Source: Mobula hypostoma
Taxonomy: Eukaryota
Length of the DNA stretch: 64,000 bases
Reading direction: 5' to 3'
NCBI RefSeq assembly: GCF_963921235.1
Contig: NC_086108.1
Span: forward strand, 47,866,001 to 47,930,000
In this document: positions 12,855 through 26,496 of the stretch, in pieces
How positions within the stretch are numbered: position 1 is the first letter of the stretch
Layout: every line of letters starts with the position of its first letter
The notes under the pieces: generated by a model
Database searches by the model: none
Told to the model about the DNA's origin: nothing
What the model saw: the letters and a program-made list of their open reading frames with translations, nothing else
Program-made: the position numbers and the translations under genes

Positions 12855-14285
12855 AATTTTGTCTCAATGACCCTTTCTGATGCATTTTCATTGTAAGCCA
12901 TGAAGCAGCAAAATTCCAATTGTCCCAGGTTGACTTCTCTCCACAATTTGGGGTTTCTAATTCGTTGTGTTATGATCATTTTTATGAAACTCTTTGATAA
13001 GAAAATTACTTAACAGTGGATGGCTATGGTCAAAAGCAAAATTTAATTTTGATGTAATTTATACATTTATTTTTCACTTCATACATCTAACTTACAAACA
13101 ATAATTCCCCTCACATCCAATGAGGACATTTTATTTGTTAATTGTAATCATTATACAAATGCTGAATAAACAGGACATACACATAGTTCGGAATAATTGT
13201 CAATATTTTTGAAGAAATTGTGGTAAAATATCACCGCAAACAATGAAGAGGTAAGCGAAGGTCAAGCAAATTTGAGAGATGTGCTGTGCTGGAGCACTGC
13301 AAAATCCATGCCCTTGGAGTTGGAGTGGGTGATTCGGAGAGGAAGCCAAGGCAAAGGAGTTCTGATGCCCATCAAACTAACTCAGGTGCGAGGGTGGATC
13401 ACTCTGAGCACCAAGCCGATTGGGAGAGGTCTAGAACGGCTCCTTCAGCAGCAAAATCTAGGCCCAAAGAGAATTGCTGGGCAGCATTTTCTAGACCTGG
13501 AGCATGATTTGTGTTTTTCTTCTCTTTCTCTGCACATTGGGGGTTGGTCTTCATTTTCTTTAATTCAGTTCTTTCAGGCTTCTTGTTTTGTGACTGCCTG
13601 TCAGCAAAGAAATCTCAAGATTGTATAATTTATACTCTCTTTGATAATAAATGTACTTTGAATGTGGAATATAGAATCTTGAATTTATGTATTCTTGTTT
13701 GTAAAGTCCTAGCAGATTGTGTAGTAAGTGGAAAGAAATCACAATTTTCCTCTTTTCTCACAATGGTATTTTGGTCATTATATTGCTCTTGTGGGCTTCA
13801 ATTGCAGTTTAGCTTTGTGGCAAAAAGATGAAATAAGCTATTAAACTCTGCAATAATACAATGAAGAGAAGCCAAGGGAGACTGTCTCTTGAGTAAACTC
13901 CAATGTAATTAAAATACCTTCATAAAATATTTGTAACATGTCCAAACAGCTCGTTTAGAAGATTTAGAACCCAGTAGTCAGCATTATATATAAATTATAC
14001 ACTACTCATTTCCATAGATGTAAAAGTAAAAAACAAATGTACAAAATACATCAAAATTATATTTCATTTTTACCACAGTCACCCACTGGTGAGTAATTTT
14101 CTTTTCAATGAGTTTCATAAAAATAATTGCAATATTATAAATAGGAAATCTCAAAATGTGCACAAAAGCCGAATGTATCCTGAACAATTAAAAACAAAAT
14201 TAATTTTGCTGTGCATATGAATTTTGCTGATGCATGTGTGCAATGAGATTGCATCAGTCAGAATAACAGAGACAAAATGTACCCG
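12855..14285. repeat. Old long inverted repeat (fold-back/MITE-like relic); arms about 12855-13220 and 13910-14285
   Basis: For example, 12975-13060 'catttttatgaaactctttgataagaaaattact..cagtgg..aattttgatgta' matches the reverse complement of about 14045-14125. Outer arm 'attttgtctc..ctgatgca..cagcaaaatt' is also mirrored. Confidence 0.75.
13285..13685 (+). mobile_element. Non-autonomous LINE-tail repeat inside the fold-back element
   Basis: Ends with the shared tail 'aagaaatctcaagattgta..gataataaatgtactttgaa', also seen near 21085-21155 and 36615-36685. Confidence 0.55.
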
Positions 14286-15289
14286 TCTCAGTACTTGGAC
14301 TGCCTTTGTTGATGATGTGTGCTTCAGCTCTTTTACATTAACCTGTGTGTGGGATAGTCAACACCCCAGCCAGTTCCATGAGTCACCTTCTAATTAATTG
14401 CCAGGCATTATGCAGTTATACAGTTACACAATAAACAATATTTCTGCTTGGTAACAGGATTTTACAGGAACTAACAAGAAAAGATTGAACAAAAGTACAA
14501 GTTATACCGTGCCCCAAATGATTTTGTTGTTTTTAAGGTTGGGTGCTCAGTTCAAATCGGATTTATATTTTTCCCTGCTAATCAGACATTAGTAAAGGTA
14601 GTTTGGTCATATTTTAACTATATTTACTTGTCATTTGAAGAAATTGTAATCATATTGTTTATTTGTGACTCTTTTCAAAGCAAGTACTATAGAACACAGT
14701 GAAGGATTTTGCTTTTGCAGTCTCATTAACAAAACTAGACCTCTTAATAATCTTTATGAATGAATGAAAAGGAATCAAAAAGAAGATCCCCTGTGTTAAT
14801 TTAGTTGATCTGCAATGAAATATTTGCAGTGCAGAAATAGCAATTCAACTGGGAAATCTCTGTGTTTATTCTAAAGCTCTTTCTGGCCTTCTTCATATTC
14901 CCCTCCATTCTTTTCCCTCATTTGTGCAAAGTTGACTTCTTCCTAAATGCACCTATACCACTCAGATGTGCTTCCTACAGTAGTGAATTATATCATCTGT
15001 TTCCATGTTTCCTGTGAATTCTTTATTAGATTTAATAGTTTGTCCTATAATTATGACTCCTTGTATTTCACTACTTGTCTACCCTCTGATAATTATTTTG
15101 AATCTTAAAGGGAGAAGAGTAGCAGTTGCCTGTGCCTGATGTTAAAGCTCACACCTTCAACACCACCCCCCCCACCCACTTTGCACTGGATCACAGTCTC
15201 ACTCTGTGAAGTCCATTCGTCGCTGGTATGTAGTGGCTCTCCCACTTGAAATAAATCACCCATAAACAACATCCACTCCATTACATAAC

Positions 15290-18105
15290 AGATCTTAACA
15301 TCACTGCTAGGAAACTCACATGATTTGACATTACTGAACTGAATGAGACATGGTGGCAGGAGATGGTCAACTCAAAGATTGAAATGGTGGATAAGCATTC
15401 TGGAGGGGCAAACTATAAAAACAAAGCTGTCTTCATGGTGTGAGTGTTACTATCACAGACTACTGTAAGGGAGACTCTCTCTGCAGATGATACTTTTACT
15501 CACTCTATCATGGAACAAATATACAATGGTCTTTGCTGCACACTCCAACCCTGGTCACTATGGGTTAGGCCAGATTCCAACCTTGAACAAGCCCTAATCC
15601 TCCTGGATCAGTTTAATACCAAGGTGGGAAAATGGGCCACCCTCTGGTAAAGCAAGATTAAAGTAGGGAAAACTAACTCCAACAAGTCCTCTTTCTGACA
15701 AAGCACTTAGAGCACAACCTTACCATTACCAACATCCAGTTGCATTAAGAAACAAGCCTTTTAGATTACATCAGTGCCAGAGTGAAGGGCTGGAAGGGTG
15801 CCAGCATTATTTGCACATGACAGACAGAGAACTGTCATCACCTAATCCAGCTATCTCTATCAATGTTGCCACAAAGCATTATTATCAACAGAAATGCTGC
15901 TGCAAGAAAGATAAACAAAACAAAAATCTCTCAAGGACCTTGCAAAGGCAGCTTTTCTTAAACAGCACTTCACAGATAAAATGATGACCCGGAGTGTAGA
16001 GTTTTCTGAAGTATAGAGTATAACTTCAGCTGTGACAAGGCTCTTGGCTTCTCTACCAAGAAAAATCAGAACTGGTTTGATGACAGTGATCAGGAGGATG
16101 ACCAAGTAATTAATCACAAAAACAAGGTGCTTCTGGACTAGAAATCCTCTGTGTCACAGTGGGAAAGAAACAGCCCTGAAGCAACCTGAAAGCAGAGTTA
16201 CAATAGAAAACCTGCAATCTAGTAACTTGCTGACATGGTCATGCCACAAGTCTTACCCACATTGTCAAGACCAACTGTGGCCAAGGCCTCACCTCACTGA
16301 GAACCAAAATGGAAATGAACATATCAGACTCAATCACTGTTTGAGCCCTAACTTCAAACACTTTGATGACCTCCTCAGCTACAACTCTGCTTTGGTCTGA
16401 GCATCCTGGATGGTCCTATCACACACCATCACTCTTGTTGAACAAGAAGTAAAAAAAAAACTATCAATTGAAAAGATCAAGACAGCAGGAGAAGATATTA
16501 TTCCTGCTAAGGTTTTAAAACTCGTGCATCCACATACTCATTTGGGAATCTGTCCATCTTGAAGCATGTGAACTTTATTTTCACCACATGACAGCTGGAG
16601 GAGAAATGCAGGGAGCAGGATCATCCATCTTTTTAGATCTTATTGATGTCTTTGATTAATTGTGGGCACGTGGCCAAGTGGTTAAGGTATTGGATTAGCG
16701 ACCTGAAGGCCGTGAGTTCGAGCCCCAGCTGAGGGAATGTGTTGTGTCCTTGAGCAAGGCACTTAATCACACATTGCTCTGCAACGACACTGCTGCCAAG
16801 CTGTATGGGTCCTAATGCCCTTCCCTTGGACAACATTGGTGTCGTGGAGAGGGGAGACTTGCAGCATGGGCAACTGCTGGTCTTCCATGCAACCTTGCCC
16901 AGGCCTGCGTCCTGGAGAGTGAAGACTTTCCAGGCGCAGATCCATGGTCTCGCAAGATTAATTCCACTTGAGATGCCATGGATGAATATCCTCTGATTCA
17001 GCTGCCTAAAGATTTTAACCTCCATTGGATGTTTGCTTTATGAGGATGGGCAAGCCATGATCCTAAGCAGCAGACCCATAACAGAGCCAAGTGTAGACCG
17101 ATGTCAATGCTGTATCATCAACTCCAACAAACATTCAATGGGAGTGGAGCTACTCTAAAGTGCTAATGGGAATTTTTTCAATCTCTGGCACCTGCACTCC
17201 AGACCAAGATCACCACAGCCTCAATGGTTGAGCTGCAGTAGATGCCGCCTGAGTGTTCACACAGGGTCAGAGCTCCGAGCCATCTTCAACTCATTCACAG
17301 GAGCATACAATAGAAGGGGCCCGAAAGTCAATGTATGCATGTCCTCCGATAATATTCAGAACTCGACCCTGGCACATTTGGGCCGCCATTCAGATTCTGG
17401 AAATCACCTGTTAATGAAGGTAAGCAACAGTGATTAAATTGACCATTGCTTTTAGTGCATCACCCTAAACATTTCACCAAATGAAGGAAAGGGGATTTGG
17501 AAATCAAACCTCATCTACTGAGCAGCAGTGACCCCTGCTCTATAATATGCTTTGTGACCTGAACTACCTTGAACAGACATTTCAACATATTGGAAAAATA
17601 CCATCATTGCTGTCTCTGCCAATCCTCCAAATCTGCTGGAAGGATAAGCAAATGTTCTCTGCACACCAAAATCCACAGCTTTGAGGCTAGAATTTACAAT
17701 CAGCCAGCTCCATTGTGCAGGCCACATGCCTGACACCAGACTCTCAAAGCAGAGGCTCTGTTCCAGGGTCTGTCAAGGGAAGAGATTATCACGCAGACAG
17801 GCAAAGATATTGGGATGTGCTCAAAAACCTCAGAAAAAAAAGGAACGTCCCTTCTGATCCTTGGAAATCCTTGACCCATGACTGCTCAAACTGGATTTGT
17901 ATTCAGGGTTGAATTGAAAGCTTGCAGTCTGTGCATTGGAAGCTCACGGAAGTCCAGCAAAAATGAAAGCAGGAGCTTACTATTTCAGCAGTACTCACCT
18001 CATCAGGCTCCCTCTGGCCTGTCAGTGAATTCCCATAATGGCTTGAACAGTCACTTCAAAACCCATAGATGGAAATGGAACCAAATTGTCCTTTATTTTG
18101 AGGGA
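15290..18105 (+). mobile_element. Highly decayed RTE-like LINE
   Basis: Scattered APE/RT-like remnants and an RTE-type C-terminus (R..KRY.D.LK..L...N.P.D.W..L..D). No intact ORF. Confidence 0.55.
16662..16955 (+). mobile_element. tRNA-derived CORE-SINE-like element, young
   Basis: Pol III A box TGGCCAAGTGG (16671-16681) and B box GAGTTCGAGCC (16714-16724); CORE-like 'tgtgtccttgagcaaggcacttaa'. Candidate TSD GATTAATT at 16654-16661 and 16956-16963. Confidence 0.8.
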
Positions 18106-18267
18106 AGGAAAAGAACTTCAATTCTTAAACTAGGTTCTATTTCCTCCCAGTTAAGGCTAAGAAGTGATAATCCAATCTCATGTAATAATTTCAAATGCCA
18201 CTGTTGAACAATCAAGGGACTAAATTTAATTTTTCTAAAATCAACTTCAATGGGTGGACGCGAGGAA

Positions 18268-18400
18268 TTCTACAGATGCTGGAAATTCAAGCAACACACA
18301 TCAAAGTTGCTGGTGAATGCAGCAGGCCAGGCAGCATCTCTAGGAAGAGGTACAGTCGACGTTTCGGGCCGAGACCCTTTGTCAGGACTAACTGAAAGAA
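18268..18400 (-). mobile_element. Penelope-like pseudo-LTR fragment with hammerhead motif (core CTGACAA, mutated)
   Basis: Reverse complement reads agtc-CTGACAA-agggtctcggccc-GAAA-cgtc-gactg at 18353-18389. Confidence 0.75.
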
Positions 18401-18790
18401 GAGCTAGTAAGTGTCGTGTGAGGAAACAGAACATCGCAAACAGCGGGTCAGCTGAAGAAGGCCTCTGTATTTGGATATCTATCTATCTCTCTCTCTCTCT
18501 TCTCAAGCCACAGAACACAGAAAAAAAGACTTTAACATCAGAATCAGTGAGTTGTTGTTTGTTTTGTTCATCTCCTCTCTCGCTGTGACACCTCTCTGTC
18601 CCTTTATTAAGCAGAGGGAGAGCCTGTGGCATGTCAAATTTGTCAGGGTGAATGATTAGGTTTTGTTGTACTGCAGATCATGGTCTCTTTTTGAGGGCTT
18701 TGCTGTTGCTTTCTCGATGTGTGGTGGGTGCTGATGCTTTTTGCTGAAATAACAGGGAGAGGGTTGATGCTTTGCTTGTGCATGGGAAGG

Positions 18791-19391
18791 CAGACATCCC
18801 ACCCTGCAAAAACTCATTTCAGGGAGGTAGCACCATCAGTTTGCGGGAGACTTCCGGGAGAGGTGTGATGTCTGCAATAGAGTAGCTCCTTAGCAGCTGG
18901 CCAGCTAGTTTAAATAACGTTAGCTATGCTAATGAACGAATGACACCTGTTAAACTCACCTCAACATGACTTTTACAGTCTTAACCCACCATGGGCAATA
19001 GAAAAGTCACTGTTGCAAACAGTGCAACGAGCAATACTGTCATTATTTTGAGCCCTATTAGGCAGGGGTACAGTTTAGGGTAGTCTGGGGTGACGTACGT
19101 TTTATATTTTCTTTTTTTGGAACACTCTACTACTCTGACTTTTTTTGGAACTCTCTCGCTCTCTCTCTCGTTCGTGGTCGCTCTCACTCGCGATCTCTCT
19201 CGCGATCGCTCTCACTTGCGCTTGCTTTCTTGCTCTTGCGCTTGTTCTCTCACTCTTTCTCGCGCGTTCTCTCACGCTTGCTCTAAAAAAAAAATCAATT
19301 TCCGGGGCATTGTATATAACTTGCAGGCATCAGGGAGCCACTATTGATATGCGGGAGACTCCCGGAAGTTCCGGAAGAGGTGGGATGTCTG
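18791..19391. mobile_element. Non-autonomous DNA transposon (TIR CAGACATCCCACC), possibly hAT-related
   Basis: 13-bp terminal inverted repeats; GGAAGG duplicated at 18785-18790 and 19392-19397; CpG-rich (CTCG)n interior. Confidence 0.75.
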
Positions 19392-21239
19392 GGAAGGGGA
19401 GAGAAAGGGACTATGGAATTCTAACATTTTTACTGTTACTCATCTTTTGGGGTGCACTTCCGGTTTTCGTGGATGTCTGTGAAGCGCAAGAATTTCGGGT
19501 TGCATAATATATACATTCTCTGATTTTAAATGGAACCATTTGAACCATTTGCCCTCGGCTGCACATTTGGGTGTGCCACTCCTATATCTGCAGTCTCTCG
19601 AGTCTCCAATTCTGAACAATAGCAGTCTTTGTAGATAAGGAAAGAAGGATTAGGGAGGGCTGGGAGGACAGCAAAAAGATATATCTGTAGATACTAAATT
19701 GTTAACTCTATGTCCTCTCATGAGTGTTGGCCTCCTCTAACACATGGCTGACATCACGCAACTCATTTGTTAGTCGTAATAATGAACACACTGCATGTTC
19801 TCAGAGTGCACAAAAAGGTAATAGTAGTTAGATTTATTCAGGTATTTCCCTCCACAGTCTTAATTCTGGGCTCCTCTTGTTAGTACATTGTTCTGTCAAT
19901 CGTCTCACCAGATCATGCTGTACATAATTATTCTTCTGGAAAGTATGTGGTGGGTGACTTGCCTTCCATGGAACAGGAATTCATTACTCTGCCTTGGGCT
20001 ATGTAATGATGAAGGCCGATGTCAAGAATAATTGCAGCACGGAAAAAAGAGCTGTAGCTTCCATCCGTTCTTAGTTGTTACTGTGCTTTCAGTCACAATC
20101 AGTGTTCATCCCAGAATGGCCATAAGCACATCCATGGAATTAACTGCACATTGCAAATGGTTATTTCCAAGCACTGTAAAATAATTGCTATCCGTAAAAT
20201 TTCTTGCCGTGCATTGTAAATGAGGCAAAGAGTCTCTGTGAGAGATTTCCGGAGTTGTGGAGCTGTCTGCTTTAACAAAGCATTAGTTTCCTTCTGGACA
20301 CAAGTGATTCTGGTGAATATTATGGGCATGTTGTGCTGGCATCAGAATGTGTGATGACTCTTGCAAGCTGCCACCAGCACGTCCTTGGTTATACTGGTTG
20401 ATAGCGCAAATGAAACATTTCCCTGGATGTTTCGATGTTCTGGCAGCATGGTGCCGTAGCAATTGGCAAAATGGTATCACAATGCTCTCTGTAAGATCAG
20501 TGTCTGGAATCCTTCCACATTCCAAAGATGTATGCTTAGGGTTATTTAGGGTTTGACCACGCTTTCTCTCTTCTCGCTACTATCGACAGGTGGGAGGTGC
20601 AGGAGTCTTGGGTTCATGCCACCGGGTTCAGGAGCAGTTGTCGCCCTGCCCAATTGGGCTCCTGGACCTGCTTCACTTGCCTCAGCACTGAATGGGCTCT
20701 GCAGCTGCGGAGCCACTTTCGGGAACGCCTGCAGTTCATGTTCCGTGTGTTTTTGTTTACTTTTTTTCACTACCTGCGCCATTTGAACTACACCGTGAGG
20801 TTTACTCGTTTCAGCACTGGACTGGCTCTGTCACTACGGCCTGCAGCCATCGGCCCTCGTTCTGAGGCTACGGCCTGTAGTCACTGGGCTCCTGGAATGG
20901 CTTTACTCACCTCCGTGCTGAACTGGCTCTGTGTCTGTGGACTAACTTTCGGGGACTCTGCAGTTCATGATCTGTGTGTTATTTGTTTACTTTTTTATTG
21001 TTTGTACGATTTGTTCTTTTTTTGTCGCACATTGGGTACTTGACAGATTTTGTGTGTGGGGTTCTTTGTTTTGCAGCTCCCTGCAAGAAGATAAATCTCA
21101 AAGTTGTACAGCATACATGCAGTACTTCGATAATAAATGTACTTAGAACTTTGAATGACCTGCCTCAACAAATACTGTCCAATACCACTTAAGCACATCA
21201 CAATGCCGTTATTTGATTGGTTGTTGCTTGAATCAATTC

Positions 21240-22170
21240 ATGCCTCAGTATGGACTTGGATCAGCTTCAATTCACCTATCAATGCAATAGGTCTATGGCA
21301 AATAGTATCTCACTGGCTCTCCACTCTGCTCTGGATTACATCAGGCTGTTGTTCATTGGCTACAGGTCAGTGTTTAACACCATCATCCCATCAAAACATC
21401 ATCATCCTCCAACACCTCCCTCTGCAATAGGATCCTTGAGTGGGAGACCTCAATCATTGCAGACCAAAATTATCACATCCTCCTCACTGCCCATCAATAT
21501 AGATGCACTTCAGGGCTGCATGCTCAGCACCCTGCTCTACTCTCTCTAGAACTATGACTTCATTGATAAGCATAGTCCCAACGCCATCTACAAGGTCACT
21601 AATGATACTACTGTTGTCAGCAGAAACGTGAATGGGGACAAGGCAGTGAGAAAAGTCAGCTGGTTGAATGGTGTTCTTAAAACAACTTTGCATTCAATGG
21701 TATATGACCATATATTTTAGGAAGGGAAATATAAAGGAACATGCATCAGTCCTTATTGAAGGGTCTGTGGTAGAAAAGATTAACAGCTTCAAGTTCCTGG
21801 GTGCCAATAGCTTGGAAAACCTATCCAGTGTCCCTATTTTCATAGAAGGTTTAAGGAGATTGACATGTCATCAGAGACTCTGACAATCTTCTACAGTGGA
21901 TTGCATCCTGACTGGCTGGCATGGAAATGCCAATGCATAGGAATATAAGAAGCGACAGAGAGTGGTGGAATCAGCCAGTTCCATCAATGGTACAGCTCCC
22001 CTAATCACTGAGGACATCACTTAGAGGCATCGAGGATTCTCATCATCTGGCTCTTGCCCTCTTCTTGATGTTGCCGCTAGGCAGGAGGTATAGGAGCTGA
22101 AGAACCATATTTCAAGGTTCAACAAAAGCATCTTCCCCACTGACACGAGGTGCGTGAATCAACCTGAAAA
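21240..22170 (+). mobile_element. Rex1/Babar-like LINE, decayed
   Basis: LDQLQFTY, FNTIIP, QGCMLS.LLYSL, SFKFLG remnants. Confidence 0.7.
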
Positions 22171-22194
22171 ACCCTTACACTACCCAAGAGTACA

Positions 22195-22200
22195 TCTCTC

Positions 22201-22250
<50 letters not shown>
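22195..22250. repeat. (CT)n microsatellite
   Basis: Directly visible. Confidence 0.9.
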
Positions 22251-22509
22251 AACTTGCATCAGTATCATTAAAGAAGAAATAGCAAGACATCTAGATAGAA
22301 GTGGTTCCACCAGGGAGACACAACACAGATTCATGAAGGGTATGTTCTGCTGGACAAGCTTAATGGAGTTCTTTGAGGATATAATCAGCATAGTGGATAG
22401 AAGGAAACAGGTAGATTACAAATGTGGATTTCCAGATGGCATTTGATAAGGTGCCACAAAAGACTTTACCCTTAAGATAAGGATGCATAGAGTTGATTTT
22501 TTGTCTTGA

Positions 22510-23155
22510 ATTGAATTGACTTGACTTTATTACTTACATCCTTCAATACATGAGTAAATATCTTTATGTTACATCACTGTTCAAATGTGCAATGTGCCAT
22601 TATAGTAATTTATAATAAATATTATCTACAACAGGATAGTCAATATAATATAGAAATACAGTAGCATCATCATGAATTAAGCAGTCAGATGGCCTGGTGG
22701 AAGAAGCTGTCCTGGAGCCTGTTGGTCCTGGCTTTTATGCTGCGGTACAGTTTCCCAGATGGTAGCAGACAGAACAGTTTGTAGTCGGGGTGACTCGGGT
22801 CTCCAATGACCCTTTGGGGCCTTTATACACCCATGTCTTTGTAAATGTCCTGAATCGTGGGGAGTTGACATCTACAGATGCGCTGGACTGTCTGCACCAC
22901 TCTCTGCAGAGTCCTGCGATTGAGGGAAGTACAGTTCCCATACCAGGCAGTGATGCAGCCAGTCAGGATGCTCTCAATTGTGCCCCTGTAGAAAGTTCTT
23001 CAATTTGGTGACTCATGCCAAACCTCTTCAACCGTCTGAGGTGAAAGAGGCGCAGTTGTGCCTTTTTCACCACACAGCTGGTACGTACAGACCACGTTAG
23101 ATCCTCAGTGATGTGTATGCCGAAGAACATAAAGCTCTCAGCCCCAGATCCATTT
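22510..23155 (-). mobile_element. Rex1/Babar-like LINE 3' part
   Basis: Reverse complement is closely similar to 56950-57560 (ESILTGCITAWYGNCT; tail aataaagtcaattcaat). Confidence 0.8.
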
Positions 23156-23797
23156 ATGTCTTTAATGGATTAATGTAGTAACTAGATAGAGGATTGGTTA
23201 ATTAATAGGAGGCAGAAAGTTGGGATAAGTGGGTATGGCTCTTGTTGGTGGTCAGTGGTGAGCGGAGTGCTGCAGGGGTCAATATCGGTTCGGCAACCGT
23301 TCGTGATGTACAGTACATTAACCATTTGGATGAAGGGACCGAGTGTAGTGCAATGTTGGTAAATGTAAGGTCATCCACTTTGCACAGAGGAATGGCAGAT
23401 TAGATTATTATTTAACATGCTATTGTGCAGAGGGACTTGGGAATGCTTGTGTATGAATTGCAAAAGATTAGTTTGCAAGTGCAAAAGGTTATCAAGGTTG
23501 TAAACAGAATGTTGGCCTTCATTGTCAGAGGGATTGAATTTAAGACCAGGAAGGCTATGCTGCAACTGCACAGGAAACTGATGAGGCCACTCCTGGAGTA
23601 CTGCCTGCAGTTCTGGTCTCTTTATTCGCTGACTTCAGAGGCAGTGCAGAAGAGGTTCACCAGCTCATGAAATTTGTTAACTTAGCAGCAGCAGTTCAAT
23701 GCAATACAGGATAATATAGAAAGGAAAAAAAGTAAATCAAAAACAGAAAGTATAGAAAGGAAAAAAAAAAGTAAATCAATTACAGAAAGTATATATA

Positions 23798-24643
23798 GAT
23801 GATCATGAGACTAGCAATTCCAGACAACACTGGCATTAAAATAGGAGGAAGAACCATCAGTAACTTGAGATACGCAGATGTCACAGCCCTGCTAGCCACA
23901 ACAGAAGAAGACCTACAAGCACGACTCAATAATGTTGCAAAAGTATCTACTGAATTTGGATTGCTGATAAATGGCCAAAAGACCAAAGTTGTGGTGATAA
24001 GCAAAACTGCAATTCAAGCTGACATCTACATTGGAAATGACAAGATTGAACAAGTGTCCTCCTTTATATACCTTGGTGCAGAACTAAATGACACAAACGA
24101 ATGCAGCAAGGAAATAAGGTGAAGGCTAGCAATGGCACGCACAAGCACTACCAAACTCTGGAACATCTGGAAAGATAGATCTGTGAGCACTGACACCAAG
24201 ATGCGCCTCCTCAAGAGTCTCATCTGGCCAGTAACCCGATATGGCTGTGAAACATGGACCCTAAAAGCAGCTGATGAAAAGAAGTTGACAGCGTTTGAGA
24301 TGTGGACATACAGACGGATCCTCAGGGTATCATACATTGAAAGGAGATCCAACAATTTCATCCTAGAAAAGATTGGCATGAAACCAACACTTCTGGAAAT
24401 CATTATCCAAAGGAAACTTTGCTATTTTGGACACTGATGACACACTGGAACACACTGTGCCTGAAGACAGAGTAGAAGGAAGCTGCTTCTCTTCTGAGAC
24501 AACAGAGGACAACCCAGATCAACAACATCAAGAAGTGGACCAGCCTCACCGCCAGAGATGCAAGAGGTTTGACTGCCGACAGATCGCAGTGGAAGAAAGT
24601 GGTCGCTGAGGCTCTGGCAGAGTATGGCACATGATGATGATGA
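23798..24643 (+). mobile_element. RTE-clade LINE 3' portion with (ATG)n tail
   Basis: GIKIGGRTISNLRYADV, GLLINGQKTK, FIYLG, YGCETWTL, AFEMWTYRRILRVSY. Inserted in a TATATA tract of a Rex1 tail. Confidence 0.85.
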
Positions 24644-24884
24644 TATATATGTATATTGAATAGATTAAAAACAGAGAAAATACATAAAAATGTGAGGTAT
24701 TGTTCAAAGGTTCAGTGTCAATTTAGCAATAGTAACTCTTACAGGATCAATGAAGGATCACCTAGAGTGCAGAAGACAATGAACTGTGCAAATGCAAATA
24801 TAAATAAATAGCAATGAATAACGAGAACATGAGATAACAGTATCAAGAGTCCTTAACTGTGGCACAAATACTTGTGATAAACTG

Positions 24885-26002
24885 ATATCCTGGATCTTCA
24901 ACTTCCTCACAGACAGGACCCAGGCTGTAAAAATAGGGGACAAGCTCTCCTCTACAATCACTCTGAGCACCGGTGTCCCACGAGGCTGTGTACTCAGCCC
25001 CCTGCTGTACTCACTGTACACCCATGATTGTGTAGCCAAGTTTCCATCAAACTCAATATATAAGTTTGCTGATGACATAACAATTGTAGGCCGTATCTCG
25101 GGTAATGATGAATTTGAGTACAGAGAGGAAATTAAGAACCTGGTGGCATGGTGCGAAGATAATAACCTATCCCTCAACGTCAGCAAGACGAAGGAATAGG
25201 TTGTTGACTTCAGAAGGAGTAGCAGACCGCACGACCCAATTTACATCGGTGGTGCGCAAGTAGAACAGGTCAAAAGCTTTAAGTTCCTCGGGGTCAGTAT
25301 CACAAATGACCTGACTTAGTCCAACCAAGCAGAGTTCACTGCCAAGAAGGCCCACCAGCGCCTTTACTTCCTGAGAAAACTAAAGAAGTTTGGCCTGTCC
25401 CCTAAAACCCGCACTAATTTTTATAGAGGCACTGTAGAAAGCATTCTTCTCGGGTGCATCACAACCTGGTATGGAAGTTGTCCTGTCCAAGACCGAAAGA
25501 AGCTGCAGAAGATCGTGAACACGGCGCAGAACATCACACAAACCAATCTTCCGTCCTTGGACTCACTTTATGCTGCATGCTGTCGGAGCAGTGCTGCCAG
25601 GATAATCAAGGACACAACCCACCCACCCAAAACACTTTCGTCCCTCTTCCCTCCGGGAGAAGGTTCAGGAGCTTGAAGACTCTTATGGCCAGATTTGGGA
25701 ACAGCTTCTTTCCAACTGTGATAAGACTGCTGAACGGATCCCGACCCGGATCTGTGCCATACCCTTCAAATATCCAGACCTGTCTCTTGTTTTTTTTTGC
25801 ACTACCTTACTTTCCATTTTTCTATTTTCCATTTATGATTTATAATTTAAATTTTTAATATTTACTAATTTTTACTATTATAAATATTTTTAATATTAAA
25901 TATTTGTAATCCTGGGAGCAGAAAGCGCAGAATCAAATATATCTGTGATGATTGTACGTTCTAGTATCAATTGTTTGGCGACAATAAAGTATGAAGTATA
26001 AA
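24885..26002 (+). mobile_element. Rex1/Babar-like LINE, young, 5'-truncated
   Basis: GVPRGCVLSPLLYSLYTHDC, YKFADD, KFLG, LPSGRR. The 3' end is near-identical to 46973-47412. Confidence 0.9.
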
Positions 26003-26496
26003 GTGAGATCATCGGCTGTGGGAACATCTCAATGGATGGGCAAGTGAGTATCGTGATCCCCTTTTGTTCAAGAGCCTGATGGTTGTGGTGTAGTAACTGT
26101 TCTTGAACTTGGTGATGTGAGTCCTGTGAATCTTGTACCTGATGGAAGCAACATTATAGGGAAAAGGCAGGCAGATGGAGCTGAGTTTACAGGCAGATCA
26201 GCCATGATCTTATTGAATGGCAGAGCAGGCTCGACGGGCAAGATGTTCTACTCCTGCTACTTCTTATGTTCCAGGACATCTCAAATGTCCTCCTTCTTTA
26301 AGGATCGTGGTTTCCCTTCTGCTGTCATCAATGATGCCTTCACCCGCATCTCCTCCATTTCCCGCACTTCGGCTCTCACCCCATCCTCCCGCCACCACAA
26401 CAGGGACAGAGTTCCCTTGTCCTCATCTACCACCGCACTAGCCTCCAGATCCAGCACATTATCCTCCACAACTTCCGCCACATTCAACAGGACCCC

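Larger units (their letters stand above)
22255..26271 (+). mobile_element. Fragmented CR1 LINE hosting several nested insertions
   Basis: Collinear CR1 RT pieces at 22255-22500 and 23160-23665, and 3' UTR at 26150-26271, separated by Rex1 and RTE insertions. Confidence 0.65.

Noticed and set aside
16662..16735. Genuine tRNA gene
   Set aside because: A and B boxes are present, but the sequence continues into a CORE-like domain and tail with a TSD. It is a SINE head.
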